Source of the DNA: Callorhinchus milii
Lineage: Eukaryota
Direction: 5' to 3'
NCBI RefSeq assembly: GCF_018977255.1
Contig: NW_024704743.1
Span: 72,604,001-72,668,000, forward strand
Length of the DNA stretch: 64,000 nt
In this document: positions 61,870-64,000 of the stretch, piece after piece
Position numbering within the stretch: the stretch's first letter is position 1
Layout of the letters: each line of letters starts with the position of its first letter
Notes under the pieces: model-generated
Told to the model about the DNA's origin: nothing
The model's input: only the letters and a program-made list of their open reading frames with translations
Databases searched by the model: none
Made by a program: the position numbers and the translations under genes

Positions 61870-62904
61870 ACAGAAGACTTAACAATGTACCTTTAATGTG
61901 TAACTAACAGATTCATTCCCTTATAATGGTTTTAGATAAATGTATAAGGTTTAGGATTACAAAAAAGTGTTCATTTGGGAAAAAAAGGTAATGTAAATGG
62001 CACCAAAGGAACCACAACAACTTGCATTTGTATAGTGCCCTTCACGCAATGGTGGAGTCTGTGAAGTACGTTGGAGTGAACAGTGTATCCTCTCATAGCA
62101 TAGAATCCGAGTACATCATGCTGACCCCCTGAGAGGGTGCTTCTGATCACACAGCAAGACAAAGCCTGACAGTGCATAACACAAGTGTATTTACTGGTGG
62201 TAGTATTGGGTAGGGCTGACAGAGATAATATAGCATGGTGTACATTAGGGAGCTCTGGCTGATTTTCCCCACTCTATTGAGTCTCTGCAAAAAACATTTT
62301 TTCTGGCCATGTTTACATTTGCTAATATTTTAACTTTTGATTTTACAGGAAAAGAGTATTACAAAGCTTATTTGCCTTTTTTTGAAACATTCTTTTGCAA
62401 ATAATATTAGCAACATTCTTTAAAAATACTGATAAAAATAAACTAGCCTTTGTTCTCTGCAGGACAAGTTTTTTTTCTTTGACCAGCTACTTGTGGATCA
62501 TTTCAGTAAGAACAGAATGAATATCGGTGGTGACTTTAATCACTTCTGACGCTTTCCCTCTTGCCTTTAGTTTTCAGTGAATGTTGCCGCACCCAACTCA
62601 CTTTCCCCACAGTAATTTTTGGTTTGACATAGCCAAGAATGTGTCAATAAAACACAAGCATCACATATGATTGAGAGAAAACATCTGACTGCATGAAACA
62701 AACCGAATCCAAGATGTTCAACAATCACAACTAACTACAGTAATATATATATACTGGGTAGAACTGGACTCGGTTGAAGGATTTCATGTTCTCTAAAGTG
62801 AGCAGCACCATATGTTCTTTTATTTAAATTAAAGTGAAATGGTTTACATATAATGTGCCAGTAGAGCCCCAATAATTGGACAAAATCCAATCTCCAGACC
62901 TTGC

Positions 62905-63052
62905 AAATAATCCTTGCATTTAATATACCATCTTTCATGTTTGGTGGACGTCTCAAAGCTTTACAGTATAAAGTGTAGTGACTATTTTTGTGGAAAACCA
63001 CAGCAGCCAATTTCCGCACAGGAATGTCCCACAAACTGCCATGAATTGAGTA
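62905..63052 (-). mobile_element. SINE 3' half
   Basis: AATCCTTGCATTT...GCAGCCAATTTCCGCACAG...CCCACAAAC. Confidence 0.8.
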
Positions 63053-63849
63053 GAACCCTGTTAAAAATGCACTTCATTATAATCCAGTTCACAGATGGCA
63101 AATATATTGTGGGTGACCTTGATATTTTCTTCACTAAAAATCTAAAATCGTGATGCGGAGACATCCAAATCCGAAGGCGCACTTCGAATTGTTCACTACA
63201 TCTCATGACGTTTCAAAACCCGTCAGCACAACAGTGGGATCTGCAGTACTATGGCTCATTTTGAGGCAAGATAACCAATTCCAAGTATAATGGAGTCGGC
63301 CAGCTTTCTGCGTGCCTGCTCAGTGACAATCATGTGATGGTGCCTTCACAAGAGAAGCCCCATTCTTGATCCATTATAAGGAGCGCTGGAATGTTAAGGG
63401 TCCCTACTTCTGAATTATATAAGGCTGTAAGAACATTTAGTCTAAAAAGTAAAGATGGTGCAGAAATGTAAAAAAAAATTAAATTCAGGTTTAATTTCAA
63501 CGTTGGTTTTCGTCAGTCCTTGGTTCTGAATTACAAATGAACTTAAACATCTTCCAGAATTCTGCTCAGTCAGAAATGCTAAGACCAAATGGTCTTAAAG
63601 GCTAAGAATGAGTTCTGGAGTGGAATTCTGGTGTCTGAGGTGATCCAAATTTAATAGTTATATCAGTGAAAGACGTATGCAGACCAATCCCATCATAATG
63701 CACCTCGGTCTGATTATCACATAGCTCTGCTTATAGCCTGGTTGCACTTAACTGATATCAGTAGCAACCTATCAACCTTGCAATATTTGTTGACTAGCAG
63801 CTGTATTTTAGTGACCTCATTGTAATGCAAGATCTGAGTTTACTACAAA

Positions 63850-64000
63850 AAATTGCATTATATTGTGCCCCGCACACAGAGTAGTGTCCTAGAGCGCTTG
63901 CCAGTGGCAGAGCATGATGCCGAGCTGGGGGTAGCGGGAGGAGACCATGGGCATAGTCTAAGAGGAAGGTCTTCAGGTGCAATCTGAAGATGGGGAAGGT
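63850..64000 (-). mobile_element. L2 3' end, cut by the window edge
   Basis: HLKTFLLDYA translation and degenerate tail. Confidence 0.65.

Noticed and set aside
928..63982. Short ORFs in the six-frame track as host genes
   Set aside because: The recognisable ones are LINE fragments or SINE/minisatellite read-throughs (for example the repeated IQSIHFTV...KDYYYY peptides). The rest show no domain I recognise and no consistent exon chain.

Overview
Repeat-rich, non-coding vertebrate DNA. The mix of L2 and CR1 LINEs with Deu-type, tRNA-derived SINEs suggests a cartilaginous fish, possibly a holocephalan (inference). I found no convincing host protein-coding exon, rRNA, true tRNA gene or CRISPR array. 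The recognisable ORFs in the track are LINE fragments or read-throughs of SINEs and a minisatellite. Main content: (1) a nested retrotransposon stack at 8.8-13.5 kb, where an older L2 is split by a younger L2 (endonuclease remnant plus RT), a SINE, an antisense CR1 and a short telomere-like tract; (2) many copies of a young tRNA-Ala-headed SINE that appears to combine CORE-like, Deu-like and L2-tail modules, in long and short forms; (3) older Deu-type SINEs and L2, CR1 and L1-like relics; (4) a candidate solo LTR; (5) several MITE-like elements; (6) a 32-bp minisatellite that resembles part of the Deu SINE body; (7) a perfect 41-bp inverted repeat; (8) several unclassified low-copy repeats. 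Nothing here demonstrates a new functional system. The best leads are the modular SINE and its L2 partner, the telomere-like insertion, the perfect palindrome and a three-copy hairpin element. All alignments were done by eye, and boundaries of old repeats are approximate.
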